From: Promethearchaeota archaeon | GTDB taxonomy: Archaea > Asgardarchaeota > Lokiarchaeia > Sigyniarchaeales > SOKP01 | DNA length: 64,000 nt | Direction of reading: 5' to 3' | Assembly: GCA_048938005.1 (NCBI GenBank) | Contig: JBHLMQ010000005.1 | Span: 89,826 to 153,825 of the forward strand | Shown here: positions 50,486 to 61,044 of the stretch, piece by piece | Layout of the letters: each line of letters opens with the position of its first letter | How positions within the stretch are numbered: position 1 is the stretch's first letter | The notes under the pieces: generated by a model | The model's input: only the letters and a program-made list of their open reading frames with translations | Told to the model about the DNA's origin: nothing | The model's database searches: none | Made by a program: the position numbers and the translations under genes

Positions 50486-51097
50486 TTATTTATCCAATTT
50501 CTTTATGGTAATTATTGCTAATCCATTGTTTACTTCCATATAAAAATCCTTAGCTGAAGATTTGAATGGTAAATAAACATTTTTCATATATTTTCGATTG
50601 TTATTTTCAGCTGTAAATACCAATTTACTTCCTCCTTCACTGAAGTCTATCATTACATCCTCTTTACTCATCCCAGGAATTTCAAGTACAATTTCGGTAT
50701 AATCTTTATAATCGCTAATTTCAGTATGTGGCTCTAAAATATATATATCTTGATCTTGTGCATAGGATTCTAAAGATAGCTTACCAGCATCAAGTTCTTT
50801 TATGGGTTTTGTTCCAAACAGGTTTTTTAATGTTGGATATCTCGATAAATCTATATCCTTTAAATATTCACGAATTTTTTTATTGTCAATATTCCCTTCA
50901 ATTTTTATCTCAGGTTTTTCCATACCTGTTTCGAAGTGATATGATATCTTAAATCCCTTTATATTCTTTTCTTTGGGCTTTAAATCTAAACTATTTTCCG
51001 ATTCTGGTATAAATAAAAAATCAACATCAAATATGTCTGAATCTAATTTAAAATATTTTTTAATTTCATCAATAATATCATCAAAATCATCCGGCAA
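50486..51097 (-). CDS. Hsp20/alpha-crystallin-domain protein
   Basis: EPHTEI...EIPGMSKEDV...YMKNVYLP...NNGLAII; TTG 51097 after AGGTGA. Confidence 0.8.
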   Translation of the reverse strand: MPDDFDDIIDEIKKYFKLDSDIFDVDFLFIPESENSLDLKPKEKNIKGFKISYHFETGMEKPEIKIEGNIDNKKIREYLKDIDLSRYPTLKNLFGTKPIKELDAGKLSLESYAQDQDIYILEPHTEISDYKDYTEIVLEIPGMSKEDVMIDFSEGGSKLVFTAENNNRKYMKNVYLPFKSSAKDFYMEVNNGLAIITIKKLDK

Positions 51098-51122
51098 GTT
51101 TATCACCTTTAATTTTTAAAAC

Positions 51123-51155
51123 GTCAATTAATTATTGTCAATTATTCAATTTACA
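51123..51155. promoter_or_regulatory. candidate heat-shock operator
   Basis: Tandem GTCAATTA (51123, 51137) and an imperfect palindrome TGTCAA-N8-TTTACA (51136-51155) just upstream of hsp20. Confidence 0.4.
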
Positions 51156-51217
51156 TATGCAATTCGAACTATAAAAACCTATCGATTTTGAAAAATAAAG
51201 AAGAAAAACATGAGTTA

Positions 51218-53182
51218 TTAGTTTACTTGAAGATTATAATAATCTTTTAATAAATTATTTATTAAATTTTCATCTAAGTTAAATAACTGAAAAAGCAGCT
51301 GATCTATTGTACTTTGTATATGATTCCTATCATACTTTTTTAATGCTCTTATGATATTCTCTTTTAATTCGATGTTTTTGGTGGAATTAAAGTAATCTGA
51401 AGTGAGTGTTTTATCAGTGAAGGAGATCAAATCTTTGTTAAAATTATCGCCAGAGTTATTAATTAAATAATTAGAAAGGATTTTAATTAATTCTATAATA
51501 GCTTTCTTCTCTTGATCTTCGAAATTGCTTAGATATGGCATCGGTATTCCCTGTTCAAGTTTAGTTTTACTTCTCTTAACAGTAAGATTTTTTGCTTTAT
51601 AAATGAAAGAAATCAATTTAGAATTTAAATAGGCAAGGATAAATGGATAATCAATCTTTAAATCTGAGTATTTTGGCCAAAGGAAGTATGTATCTGATGT
51701 AGCATAGTATGAGGTGTTCGAATACCCAAAAATGTTTCCTTTTGATATAAATTTAAAGAAAATTTTTTCTGCTTTATCATATAATGGTTCAAGATCAGTT
51801 ACTTGATCTTTATTGTACCCTTCTACTTGGCGGATAAAAGAACCTCTTCTTGGATAATAAAAATCTTCTGGATTTTCTTTAGCATTAATTAAGATTTCTC
51901 TTAATTGTTCTTTATGCTGTTGTATATATTTTGATAGAATTGGATACTTCTTTTTAAGTAAGGTATTTCGTTCTTTAAAAGAATCTGAATTAATTTCATT
52001 TTTATTAAAATAAATTGCATATCCTTCATAGTTTTCCTTTTCATAGGTATAAGGTTTAATCACTTTACTCTTGTAAATCTTTTTAAGTCTAGTTGTTTCA
52101 ACTTCATTTAGCTTTAAAAACTCCCCATTAACACGAATGAAGAAATTACTATCCTTAATTATTAAATCTTCTCCCTCATTCAAAATGAAAATAGAATCCT
52201 TTATAAGAATTAATCCGTTACGAATCAAGAAATAATCTTTTAATGAAGAAATTTTTCCTTTTATCTTACAATAGTTTTCAATTTTACCAACAACCTTTTT
52301 TACTTCCATTGGATAAATAAGATTCCAACTTTCATCCTTCTTTATTCCATTATTGGTTAATGCTGATGTAAACCTTTTAGTAAAATTTGTATCCCTATTA
52401 TAAATTAGATCTTTAAAGATGCGCTCATTAAATAATTTAGTTTTTTGATTAGAATTTCTATCTCTAAATAATTGAATTATCTCAATGTTTTTATTTATCT
52501 TCTGTAATTTTTCACGTTCAGTTTTTTTCTGTAAGACAAAAATGCAATTATGTTGTCCTTTCGCTCCCTCAAATAGCTTCAAATGTGATAAATCGATATA
52601 TTGGAGCAAAAAACACTGTTCTAAGACATGAGGTTTTAATAATTTTATTCCTGTTTTTTTAGATTTTGTAATCCAATAATTAGTTGTAATAAATGAGAGG
52701 AATCCACCAGGATTTAATTTTTCTATCCCTAAATGAATGAAAAAATAAAATAAATCCATATTACCTACAAAGAATTTAGCACAAATAGGAAATTTCTTTA
52801 CATACAATTGAAAAATTTCAGCATTATAATTTTGACCTAAATACGGGGGATTTCCAATTATTATATCGAACTTTTCATTTGGATCTGAACCTAAGAAATT
52901 TTTAAATTTGAATTTTATATTAGGATAAGAATTCACAAGACTTTCCTTTAAATTATTATCCATTTCATAAGCGGTTATATTAGAAAGGTTATTTTTTAAG
53001 AGATAATTCAGAAAAATACCTTCTCCTACTGATGGCTCTAAGATCCTTAGATTTTGAGGTCTTTTTTCACTATTCCCTAGAAAATTTAATATGTTATCAA
53101 CCATAAATTCGGCTATATAACTTGGAGTAAAAATTTGTCCAATTCGGTTATCCATTTTAGAAATTTTGTTTTTTAATACCAT
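51218..53182 (-). CDS. N6-adenine DNA methyltransferase (TaqI/Eco57I-like, gamma class)
   Basis: GQIFTP, ILEPSVGEGIF, IIGNPPY, DLFYFF and a C-terminal TRD (LAYLNS); no adjacent endonuclease. Confidence 0.9.
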   Translation of the reverse strand: MVLKNKISKMDNRIGQIFTPSYIAEFMVDNILNFLGNSEKRPQNLRILEPSVGEGIFLNYLLKNNLSNITAYEMDNNLKESLVNSYPNIKFKFKNFLGSDPNEKFDIIIGNPPYLGQNYNAEIFQLYVKKFPICAKFFVGNMDLFYFFIHLGIEKLNPGGFLSFITTNYWITKSKKTGIKLLKPHVLEQCFLLQYIDLSHLKLFEGAKGQHNCIFVLQKKTEREKLQKINKNIEIIQLFRDRNSNQKTKLFNERIFKDLIYNRDTNFTKRFTSALTNNGIKKDESWNLIYPMEVKKVVGKIENYCKIKGKISSLKDYFLIRNGLILIKDSIFILNEGEDLIIKDSNFFIRVNGEFLKLNEVETTRLKKIYKSKVIKPYTYEKENYEGYAIYFNKNEINSDSFKERNTLLKKKYPILSKYIQQHKEQLREILINAKENPEDFYYPRRGSFIRQVEGYNKDQVTDLEPLYDKAEKIFFKFISKGNIFGYSNTSYYATSDTYFLWPKYSDLKIDYPFILAYLNSKLISFIYKAKNLTVKRSKTKLEQGIPMPYLSNFEDQEKKAIIELIKILSNYLINNSGDNFNKDLISFTDKTLTSDYFNSTKNIELKENIIRALKKYDRNHIQSTIDQLLFQLFNLDENLINNLLKDYYNLQVN

Positions 53183-53284
53183 CTGATCTTAATATTGGAT
53201 TAAGAATCTAAATAGTTGTTGGTTGTATCTATAAATATTTAAAAAGTTGTAAAAATCAGGAAAAAAAAGTAGAAATGTTCTATC

Positions 53285-54811
53285 TTAATGATCATGATGA
53301 TGCTCATGATGCTCCATTTTGATATTTATCGGTTTTAAATTCCCGATTGCCCAGCCCGTTACTTCATTAAGAGAAGGGTGAATAACCATAGAATAATAAA
53401 TAGGCATAAATGAACCCGCTTCTGGGCACGCTTTTTCTACTTTAGGAAGGTCTTTTTCATCCCTATATTGAGGTAAGGCACAAGTGAATCCTGAATTCAT
53501 CAAATATACAAATGGTTGCACTAAAATTGCCGCATGAGGTCCAATCACATGTGCTCCTAATATTCTATAGGATTTATCAACGATTAATTTCGCAAATCCA
53601 TCATCTTCTTGACCAGTTTCAAAACCCATGGCAAATCCTTTTGCTACAGATGAATAATTCTTCATAGCAACATAAATCTCATAACCTTTTTCAATCGCTT
53701 CCGCTTGAGTTAGTCCAACATGACCTATTTGTGGGTATGTAAAGATTGCCCATGGAACTGCAGAATAATCTACAGATCGTTTTTGATCCTCTTGACCAAA
53801 TATATTATTAGTACAAATTTCTGCTTCATAATTTGCTTTATGACGAAATTGATAAAGCCCATTTGCATCACCGATACACCAAATATTCTTTTTATTGGTT
53901 TCTAAGTATTGATTGGTTTTTATCCAACCTCTCTCATCTGTTTCAACACCAGTATTTTCAACCTTTAATAGATCTGCATTTGAACGTCGACCTGCAGCAA
54001 TAAGAATCTCTTCTGCTAAAATTTCCCTTTCTTCACCAGTCTGCATATTTTTTACTAAAACTGCTTTCATTTTCTTCTTCCAATATGCCTTAATTGCTTT
54101 TTCATTTAATAAAACAGTCATATACTTTCTGAAGCTTCTTTCTAAAAGTTGACTAATTTCTGGTTCTTCGGTTACCACTAGACGTGGAAGCATCTCTACA
54201 ACTGTTACCTCAGTACCCATCGCCGAAAAAATATGGGCAAACTCTGCAGCTATTACTCCACCACCAATAATAATAAGACTCTTCCATGGTTTTTCTGGAA
54301 ATCTCTCTCCAAAGAAGTTTTCATTAGTAATATAGTTCATATCTTCTATTCCTTGAATTGGTGGTATGAATGATCTTGCGCCTGAAGCAATTACATATCG
54401 CTCAGCTTTAAAATTTCCTAGATCTTTACCATCTTTGGTATCCCTAACTACCATCTCATATTCACCAGTGAAATCTCCAACACCCTTATACACTGTTAAA
54501 TTAGGCACAGTAGAAAGTCCTTGGTCAATATCCTTGCTTTCATTGATTTGGGACCACATCCTTTCTGCTATTAAATCCCAGTCAATATTTTCTATGTTGA
54601 ATTTAACTCCAACTTTTTTGGCATCTTGAGCATCCCGGATTAGATCAGCTGGATGTACCAATACTTTTGAGGGAATACAACCTCTGGTTAAACACGTACC
54701 TCCCATTTTAGTATTTTCTACAAGAGCACATTTCATTCCAAATTGAAGTCCAACATTTAAAACATTTAATCCAGCACCACTTCCAATAACTACTAAGTCA
54801 TAAGTTTCCAT
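53285..54811 (-). CDS. FAD-dependent disulfide reductase (dihydrolipoamide dehydrogenase/mycothione reductase-like) with His-rich tail
   Basis: GSGAG, GGTCLTRGCIPSK, GGGVIAAE, IHPSLNE, C-terminal HHEHHHDH. Confidence 0.88.
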   Translation of the reverse strand: METYDLVVIGSGAGLNVLNVGLQFGMKCALVENTKMGGTCLTRGCIPSKVLVHPADLIRDAQDAKKVGVKFNIENIDWDLIAERMWSQINESKDIDQGLSTVPNLTVYKGVGDFTGEYEMVVRDTKDGKDLGNFKAERYVIASGARSFIPPIQGIEDMNYITNENFFGERFPEKPWKSLIIIGGGVIAAEFAHIFSAMGTEVTVVEMLPRLVVTEEPEISQLLERSFRKYMTVLLNEKAIKAYWKKKMKAVLVKNMQTGEEREILAEEILIAAGRRSNADLLKVENTGVETDERGWIKTNQYLETNKKNIWCIGDANGLYQFRHKANYEAEICTNNIFGQEDQKRSVDYSAVPWAIFTYPQIGHVGLTQAEAIEKGYEIYVAMKNYSSVAKGFAMGFETGQEDDGFAKLIVDKSYRILGAHVIGPHAAILVQPFVYLMNSGFTCALPQYRDEKDLPKVEKACPEAGSFMPIYYSMVIHPSLNEVTGWAIGNLKPINIKMEHHEHHHDH

Positions 54812-54921
54812 AATTTCATTTTTATCTCTATCCCTTTTAAAGTTTATAGTAATATTTTAATGGAACATTATGAAAATAATAAAATTAGAATGTGATAAAG
54901 TTGTAAAGAGGAATTTTTCTT

Positions 54922-56304
54922 TTAAATCTTGTTATTAATTGGAATCAGAATTATAAAATTACTTCCTTGCTTATAATCACCCAGAATCCTATCCTCAACC
55001 CAAATATCGCCATGATAAATATCGATAATTTTTTTGACAAGAGATAATCCAAGACCCATTCCTCTACTTCTTTGAATCTTTTGAGTTCCCTTTTCGAATA
55101 TGCTTTTCTTACGATAATCTGAGATACCAATACCGTTATCTTTGAATTCCATTTTAATGTATTTTTTATCTCCTTTTTCTTCTTTACTAATATCAATAGT
55201 GACCTCAATTTTGGATTTATTGTTATGTCTGACAGCGTTGATTAAAATGTTTTCAAATATATCTAATAAAAGATTATTTGCACATACATAATTTCTTTTA
55301 GTAGGAGTATTAAGATTTATATCGATATTTCTTGTTTGAAAACTAGATTGTAAAAATTCAATTGCATTTTTCAATACAAGATTAACATCCATTTTTTCTA
55401 AAATAATTTCAGAATCGTCAAGTTCAGTTATTTTTCTTACATTTGATATTAATTTTTTTGCTCTATTAACTTGTTCATCTATTATTTCATATAATTCCTT
55501 TATAGTTCCCATTTTTTCTGGATTATGTAAATAGAGAGAACAAAGTTCAACTGAGGAACTAATATTTTGTAGGATATTATTAATATCGTGGGCAAAAATA
55601 TCTCTATAAAGATTAGCTTGGTAATAAGCTTTTCGATATTTTTCTTCTGATTCCTTCAAATTAATAGTTCTTTCTTTAACTCTTTTTTGTAATTCTTTAT
55701 TTAATTCTTCCAACTCTTGTTCTGTTCTATTACGTTTTAAGGCATTTCCAATAATCTCGGAGGAAACGTTGAGAAGGTTTAAATCCTCTTTTCGCCATTT
55801 CTCTGGAGCTCTTATATTATCAAATCCAATAAATCCCGCTAATTCTTCTCCAATCTTTAATGGTAAAAAAATAAGAGATTTAATGTTTTCCCTTAAAAAT
55901 TCCTCTTTTTCTACTAAAGCTTCAGGGGGTAGATCTTCAACATTTTCGATATTTAAAATCTCGTTATTCTTTAGTTTGTTTATGGACCATTGGAACGGTG
56001 CAATTGGAATATTTTGAAGTTCTTTTAATTGGGGTTTGACTCCTTCATCACACCATTCATGTGTATTACTCATCGTAATATTATCTTTATTAAATAAGAA
56101 TAAATAACTTCGACTTGCTTGGCTTATAATTCCAATATTTTTAAGTGAAGAATTTATTGCTTCATCAATATCTACAGGATTAACAAATTTGGAAGAGATT
56201 AATGAAATTGTTGTTTCAAATTCAATCCTTTTTTTCAAATTTTCTTCTGCTTCGATGCATTCTGTTTTTTCTTTAAAAATGATTAATAACCATTTTAAGT
56301 CCAT
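54922..56304 (-). CDS. GAF-domain sensor histidine kinase
   Basis: GAF (THEWC...GFIGFD), HDINNIL H-box, ENILINAV, DNGIGI, GMGLGL. Confidence 0.92.
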   Translation of the reverse strand: MDLKWLLIIFKEKTECIEAEENLKKRIEFETTISLISSKFVNPVDIDEAINSSLKNIGIISQASRSYLFLFNKDNITMSNTHEWCDEGVKPQLKELQNIPIAPFQWSINKLKNNEILNIENVEDLPPEALVEKEEFLRENIKSLIFLPLKIGEELAGFIGFDNIRAPEKWRKEDLNLLNVSSEIIGNALKRNRTEQELEELNKELQKRVKERTINLKESEEKYRKAYYQANLYRDIFAHDINNILQNISSSVELCSLYLHNPEKMGTIKELYEIIDEQVNRAKKLISNVRKITELDDSEIILEKMDVNLVLKNAIEFLQSSFQTRNIDINLNTPTKRNYVCANNLLLDIFENILINAVRHNNKSKIEVTIDISKEEKGDKKYIKMEFKDNGIGISDYRKKSIFEKGTQKIQRSRGMGLGLSLVKKIIDIYHGDIWVEDRILGDYKQGSNFIILIPINNKI

Positions 56305-56550
56305 TTCTATCTATTAAGGCACATATCTAGTCAACTAATTGTATTTAAATTTATGTGTCAAAAACTTAAAGTGAGCTTTTTTCTTAAAGATTTAAGAAAG
56401 TACAATAATTAATTTTGATAAGTTTAAAGGAAAAAAATAGAAAAAAAATTATAAAATGATTAATTTAAAATTTTTCTAATTATAAATTATAATATCATTG
56501 AATACAAGTTTGAGGGCGAGGATGTTCATTAATTATCATATTCATTAATT

Positions 56551-57221
56551 TAGTACAATTATATATTCTAAATAGAATAATCTTATGTAATAATAAACAC
56601 CGAATAAATTGATGATGATATGGCGAGCAATGTAGGTTTAGGTATAGACAAGAAGAAAAAATCTGTTATAGATGAGGATGAAATTTTTAAATCTTTGAGT
56701 CATCAAGTAAGAAGGGATATTATCAAATTTTTAGGAGAAAATCCTTTATCATTTACAGAGATTAAAAAGAATTTAGAACCTATTGATAGCCCAACTCTTT
56801 CTTATCATTTAAAAAGCTTGCAGCTATTATTGATTCAAAAAATAAATAAATATGAACTTTCTGAGATTGGAGAAGCTGCATTTAATTTATTGAGTAAAAC
56901 TGATGAGTCAGTTAGGATTTCAAGATATAAAAGAAGGTTTTTATATGCGTATTATGTCAATGTAATTTGCTGGTTAAGTGCTTCAACTATTATTCCTTTT
57001 ATAATAGGGGCGGATCTTGGCTTTTGGACGATCACCTATGTAAATATCGTCATTACTATAATTTCTACAATAAATTATATAATAGTTTGGACCTTAAGAA
57101 AAAAATATTAATAGTAGTTGATTTTTACTGAACATTTTATAATTTTGGGATAAAATTTTCTCTGAATATGAAAATTGATCGATTATTTCAAGTTATAACT
57201 TAGTAAAAAAATTTTTACTAA
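56551..57221. promoter_or_regulatory. TAGTA-N10-T(A/T)CTA palindromes upstream of the wHTH gene and the ABC operon
   Basis: Imperfect copy at 56551-56570; perfect 10-bp-arm inverted repeat TTAGTAAAAA-AA-TTTTTACTAA at 57200-57221. Confidence 0.4.
56620..57111 (+). CDS. ArsR-like wHTH regulator with two C-terminal TM helices
   Basis: FKSLSHQVRRDII...LSFTEI...LSYHLKSL...YELSEIG followed by a hydrophobic hairpin. Confidence 0.82.
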   Translation: MASNVGLGIDKKKKSVIDEDEIFKSLSHQVRRDIIKFLGENPLSFTEIKKNLEPIDSPTLSYHLKSLQLLLIQKINKYELSEIGEAAFNLLSKTDESVRISRYKRRFLYAYYVNVICWLSASTIIPFIIGADLGFWTITYVNIVITIISTINYIIVWTLRKKY

Positions 57222-57400
57222 AACATATTCCACTTTAGTATTAAAATTTCAAGATTGATATTGATCAATTAAAAAAAATAGAGATTAGAATATTGAAATC
57301 TATCAATTTTTGGACTCCTATTTTTTTAAAGTATTTTTTTATGTCAATAAAGTAGTTATGTTAAAAATGAAAAACAAGAAATTAATGTGATTTTAAAATT

Positions 57401-58372
57401 ATGAGTGTAAGTAAAGATTCTATCGCAATTGAAATAAAAGATCTTAAAAAGCATTTTAAGGAAGTTAAAGCGGTCGATGGGGTATCTTTAAGCATTAAGA
57501 AAGGCGAATTGTTTAGCATTCTTGGCCCTAATGGTGCTGGAAAAACTACATTGGTACGAATGTTAACCACTGTTTTAACTCCTACTGCTGGTGATGCCAA
57601 TGTCAATGGACATAGTATTTTAACTGGAAAAAATGAGATTGTTAAGAAAATTGGTGTGTGTCCACAGGTTATAACGATTTATGAAGTTTTGAGGGCTGAA
57701 GAAAATGTTGAGTTTGTAGCAGCTATGCATGGAATGCCTCGTAAAGAAGCAAAAGAGAAAGCCAAAAAATTGCTGGAAGATTTTGGTATAGCCGGAAGAA
57801 AAGACTGGTCTAAACGTTTCTCAGGTGGAATGCAACGACGTTTAAATCTCGCAATGTCTTTGATATTTGAACCAGAGATTTTGTTTCTTGATGAACCTAC
57901 AGCTGGACTTGACCCCCAAGCAAGGCGTCTTGTATGGGACTATATTCGAGATTTGAAAAATAAGGATATCACAATTATTCTTATGACCCATGACATGGTT
58001 GAGGCTGATTCTTTAAGTGATCGTGTTGCAATCATAGACCTTGGTAAGATTATTGCTGAAGGAACTCCAGCTGAATTGAAAGAAAAATATGGGAGTGATA
58101 ATGCATTAGAAATTTCCTTTCTTGAACAGGAAGATCTTGAAATTGTGAAGAACAATATACAAAACATTTCTTTTGTGGCAAATTGGAGTGAAATTCACAG
58201 GAAAGATAAAAAGACATTATTAATCGCTTTTCAAGGTGGATTAAAAAATCTAGTGAAACTTTTACAACATGGACTTATTGATAACATTGATGAGGTTGAA
58301 AATATGAAGTTTAGGCAAAACTCACTTGAAGATGTATTTCTAAATTTAACAGGAAGGAGGTTGAGAGATTAA
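57401..58372 (+). CDS. ABC-2/DrrA-type ATP-binding protein
   Basis: GPNGAGKTT, FSGGMQRR, LDEPTAGLDP, SLEDVFLNLTG. Confidence 0.95.
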   Translation: MSVSKDSIAIEIKDLKKHFKEVKAVDGVSLSIKKGELFSILGPNGAGKTTLVRMLTTVLTPTAGDANVNGHSILTGKNEIVKKIGVCPQVITIYEVLRAEENVEFVAAMHGMPRKEAKEKAKKLLEDFGIAGRKDWSKRFSGGMQRRLNLAMSLIFEPEILFLDEPTAGLDPQARRLVWDYIRDLKNKDITIILMTHDMVEADSLSDRVAIIDLGKIIAEGTPAELKEKYGSDNALEISFLEQEDLEIVKNNIQNISFVANWSEIHRKDKKTLLIAFQGGLKNLVKLLQHGLIDNIDEVENMKFRQNSLEDVFLNLTGRRLRD

Positions 58373-58373
58373 A

Positions 58374-59153
58374 ATGAATATATTAGAAAATAAAGCCATC
58401 CAAATAGCTAATAAGAACATTAAAGATAAATTACGCCACTGGCAATATATGGTATTTTCTCTAGGTTTTGCAGTTATGTTTACATTGATGTTCTACTTTT
58501 TTCTTGGTCGTGAGGAATTTCAATATAGCTTTCCAGGAATGATAATATATACAACAGCAGCAGGTACAACAAGTGCAGCTATATCGTTTGCCATAGATAA
58601 AACATCTGGCATGCTTGAACGATTAGATACAATGCCCACGGGAAGAAAAAATCTATTTTTAGGAGCTCTCTTATCTGAAACTTTTATGATTTCTCTTCAG
58701 ATTCTCATAATGTTCATACTTGGATATGCTGTGCTCCAAGTCCCATATAAAGGCATTTTAGAATTAATTATTGGATTCTTTATTGCAGTTTTATTCGGTA
58801 TTTCATCTGTAGGAATCGGTATTATTATCTCTGGAATTGCTAAAACGCCTGAAATAGCTAACGCGATCGCATTATTCTATTACATGCCAATTTTATTTCT
58901 TTCAGGAAGTTTATGGCCATTTGAAAGCCCTATTGTTTTTTTCACTCCTCCTTTCTGGGCTAAGCAGATATTTCTTCAAATAACTGTAGTGGGAGATGGA
59001 TTACTTGATCCTTTATATAACGGTTCATTAATAGGTACAACCTCTCAACCAACACTAATTCCAATATGGGGTGGGCTTCTTATTGTTATTGCATTTACAC
59101 TTGCGTTTATAGCTATTGGTATCATAATATTCCAAAAGAAAACTAAATTCTGA
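58374..59153 (+). CDS. ABC-2 permease
   Basis: Six TM helices, SGMLERLDTMP, FLSGSLWP; directly follows the ATPase. Confidence 0.92.
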   Translation: MNILENKAIQIANKNIKDKLRHWQYMVFSLGFAVMFTLMFYFFLGREEFQYSFPGMIIYTTAAGTTSAAISFAIDKTSGMLERLDTMPTGRKNLFLGALLSETFMISLQILIMFILGYAVLQVPYKGILELIIGFFIAVLFGISSVGIGIIISGIAKTPEIANAIALFYYMPILFLSGSLWPFESPIVFFTPPFWAKQIFLQITVVGDGLLDPLYNGSLIGTTSQPTLIPIWGGLLIVIAFTLAFIAIGIIIFQKKTKF

Positions 59154-59189
59154 TTAATATTTTTATTATTTTTTTTATTATTAGCAGGT

Positions 59190-59810
59190 TTAGATCTCGC
59201 CAGTTCTAATCATAAACCAATTGACTATATTTGTTTTAGGAATAATAATTTCTTCTAGTATTGTAAAATCAAAATGTTCATAAAAAGAGACATTTCTCTC
59301 TAAATTAGTCTCCAACCAAATTGGCAAATTTTCTTTATCTATACGCCTTAACATTGGTTTTAGGAGCATACTCGCAAAACCTCTTCCTTGGTACTTAGGA
59401 TCTACACCAATTGATTCTAAATACCAATAGGGACCTTTCATATAGATATTTCTTATAGATTGGTTAACATCTTGAAAAAACATAATTCTTTTTGTAGTTT
59501 TTAATCCAAATTTGAATGGCAATTTGAATCCTCCTTTTTTAATATATTTCCAATAAGAGATGTTAACGTGTTTGGGAGGTCGCCATACAGCAATTCCCTC
59601 TAAATCTTCAGATGTTCCATATGCTTCACCATATTTTATTCCAATGCGAAGTGGGAGCTCCCAAAAATGATGAAGTTTTGCTAATCTTTTATTTGCGTCA
59701 GGAATTTGCCAACGAAGTACGGGATCATTTTGAAAAGCTTTTGATAACACCAAACTAGCTGGTTTAATATGCTTTTCCGAAAGTCTGATTAATTCATTCA
59801 ATCCTGACAT
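59190..59810 (-). CDS. GNAT acetyltransferase (puromycin N-acetyltransferase-like)
   Basis: AFQNDP, WYLESIGVDPKYQGRG, NVSFYEHFDF. Confidence 0.88.
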   Translation of the reverse strand: MSGLNELIRLSEKHIKPASLVLSKAFQNDPVLRWQIPDANKRLAKLHHFWELPLRIGIKYGEAYGTSEDLEGIAVWRPPKHVNISYWKYIKKGGFKLPFKFGLKTTKRIMFFQDVNQSIRNIYMKGPYWYLESIGVDPKYQGRGFASMLLKPMLRRIDKENLPIWLETNLERNVSFYEHFDFTILEEIIIPKTNIVNWFMIRTGEI

Positions 59811-59974
59811 TATTTTCTAACGTATTGAATCTAACTTTATAACTGATAAATGTATTTCTTAGATTAAAATTTTTAATATTATCTATTGGAGAAAATGCGA
59901 TTTTTTAATCATAAAAAATACGAAATTAAAAATTCATAGATTAATTTTCATTATTAACTATTTTAAGGGTCTTT

Positions 59975-61009
59975 TTGACATTGTATGTAGGCAAGTTTAA
60001 CTATGAAGTAAAAAACATTGAAGGCGTCTTTCAAATTAAAATCGACGTTCCTTTCGCAGTAAAATTTGTATGTCTTTATCTCTTTGAGCTCGATGGGTTA
60101 AATATCCTAATCGATACTGGTTTAAATATAGGAACGTGGAAAAATCAATTATTTTCAGCGCTTAGAGACATAAATTTTTCCATTCAAGATATCGATTATT
60201 GCATCATTACCCATATGCACACAGATCACATAGGTAACTGCCTTAACCTCAAGCAAAAGAATCCCGAACTCATGCTCTTAATGCATGATATAACTCATGA
60301 ATTATTGAAATGGGAAACTAATGATGAGAATCTAAAAGAATTAAAGCAAGAAGCCAGAGAGATAGCAAACCAATTGAAAAAATATGGAATGAGTGAAGAA
60401 CAAGGAAATAGAATTATTCAGTTTTTTACGTATTGGCCCAGATTCTTACAGTATCAAAAACCGGATATTATTGTACACGATGGAGATACAGTATTGGATA
60501 GATTAGAAATTATATGGACTCCAGGACATAGTTTTGGTCATATTTGTATTTATGATAAAAAGAAAAAGTATCTCTTTTCAGGAGACCATATTTTAAGTCG
60601 GATTACACCTCACATAGGAAATTTCGTGGTTCCTGAATATTTGGCAGAAGAGTATAAAGATTACGATTTTAATAATATTTTAAAACATTATTTAGCCTCA
60701 TTAGATAAAATTGATAAGCTAAATCCCAAGATCATTTTCCCTGCTCATCAAGAAATAATTTATAATCCTCATGAGCGGATTTTGCAAATTAAAGAACATC
60801 ATAAAAATCGATTAGCTGAGATTTCAAGTCTAATTAAAGATAACCCTTTAACTGCATATAGAATTTCTCAGATTCACTTTGGAGAAGATTTGGATGAAAT
60901 AAATTCCTATATGGCATTAAGTGAAGTGTTAGGACATCTTTTATATCTTGAAGCTCAAGAAAAAGTAAAAACCATTGAAAAAAATGGAAAACTTCTATAC
61001 TATTGTTAA
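59975..61009 (+). CDS. metallo-beta-lactamase-fold hydrolase with C-terminal wHTH
   Basis: IDTG, THMHTDHIG, TPGHSFGH, SGDHIL, PAH. Confidence 0.9.
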   Translation: MTLYVGKFNYEVKNIEGVFQIKIDVPFAVKFVCLYLFELDGLNILIDTGLNIGTWKNQLFSALRDINFSIQDIDYCIITHMHTDHIGNCLNLKQKNPELMLLMHDITHELLKWETNDENLKELKQEAREIANQLKKYGMSEEQGNRIIQFFTYWPRFLQYQKPDIIVHDGDTVLDRLEIIWTPGHSFGHICIYDKKKKYLFSGDHILSRITPHIGNFVVPEYLAEEYKDYDFNNILKHYLASLDKIDKLNPKIIFPAHQEIIYNPHERILQIKEHHKNRLAEISSLIKDNPLTAYRISQIHFGEDLDEINSYMALSEVLGHLLYLEAQEKVKTIEKNGKLLYYC

Positions 61010-61044
61010 ATATTCTAAAAAATTCTATTCATTAATAATAACTA

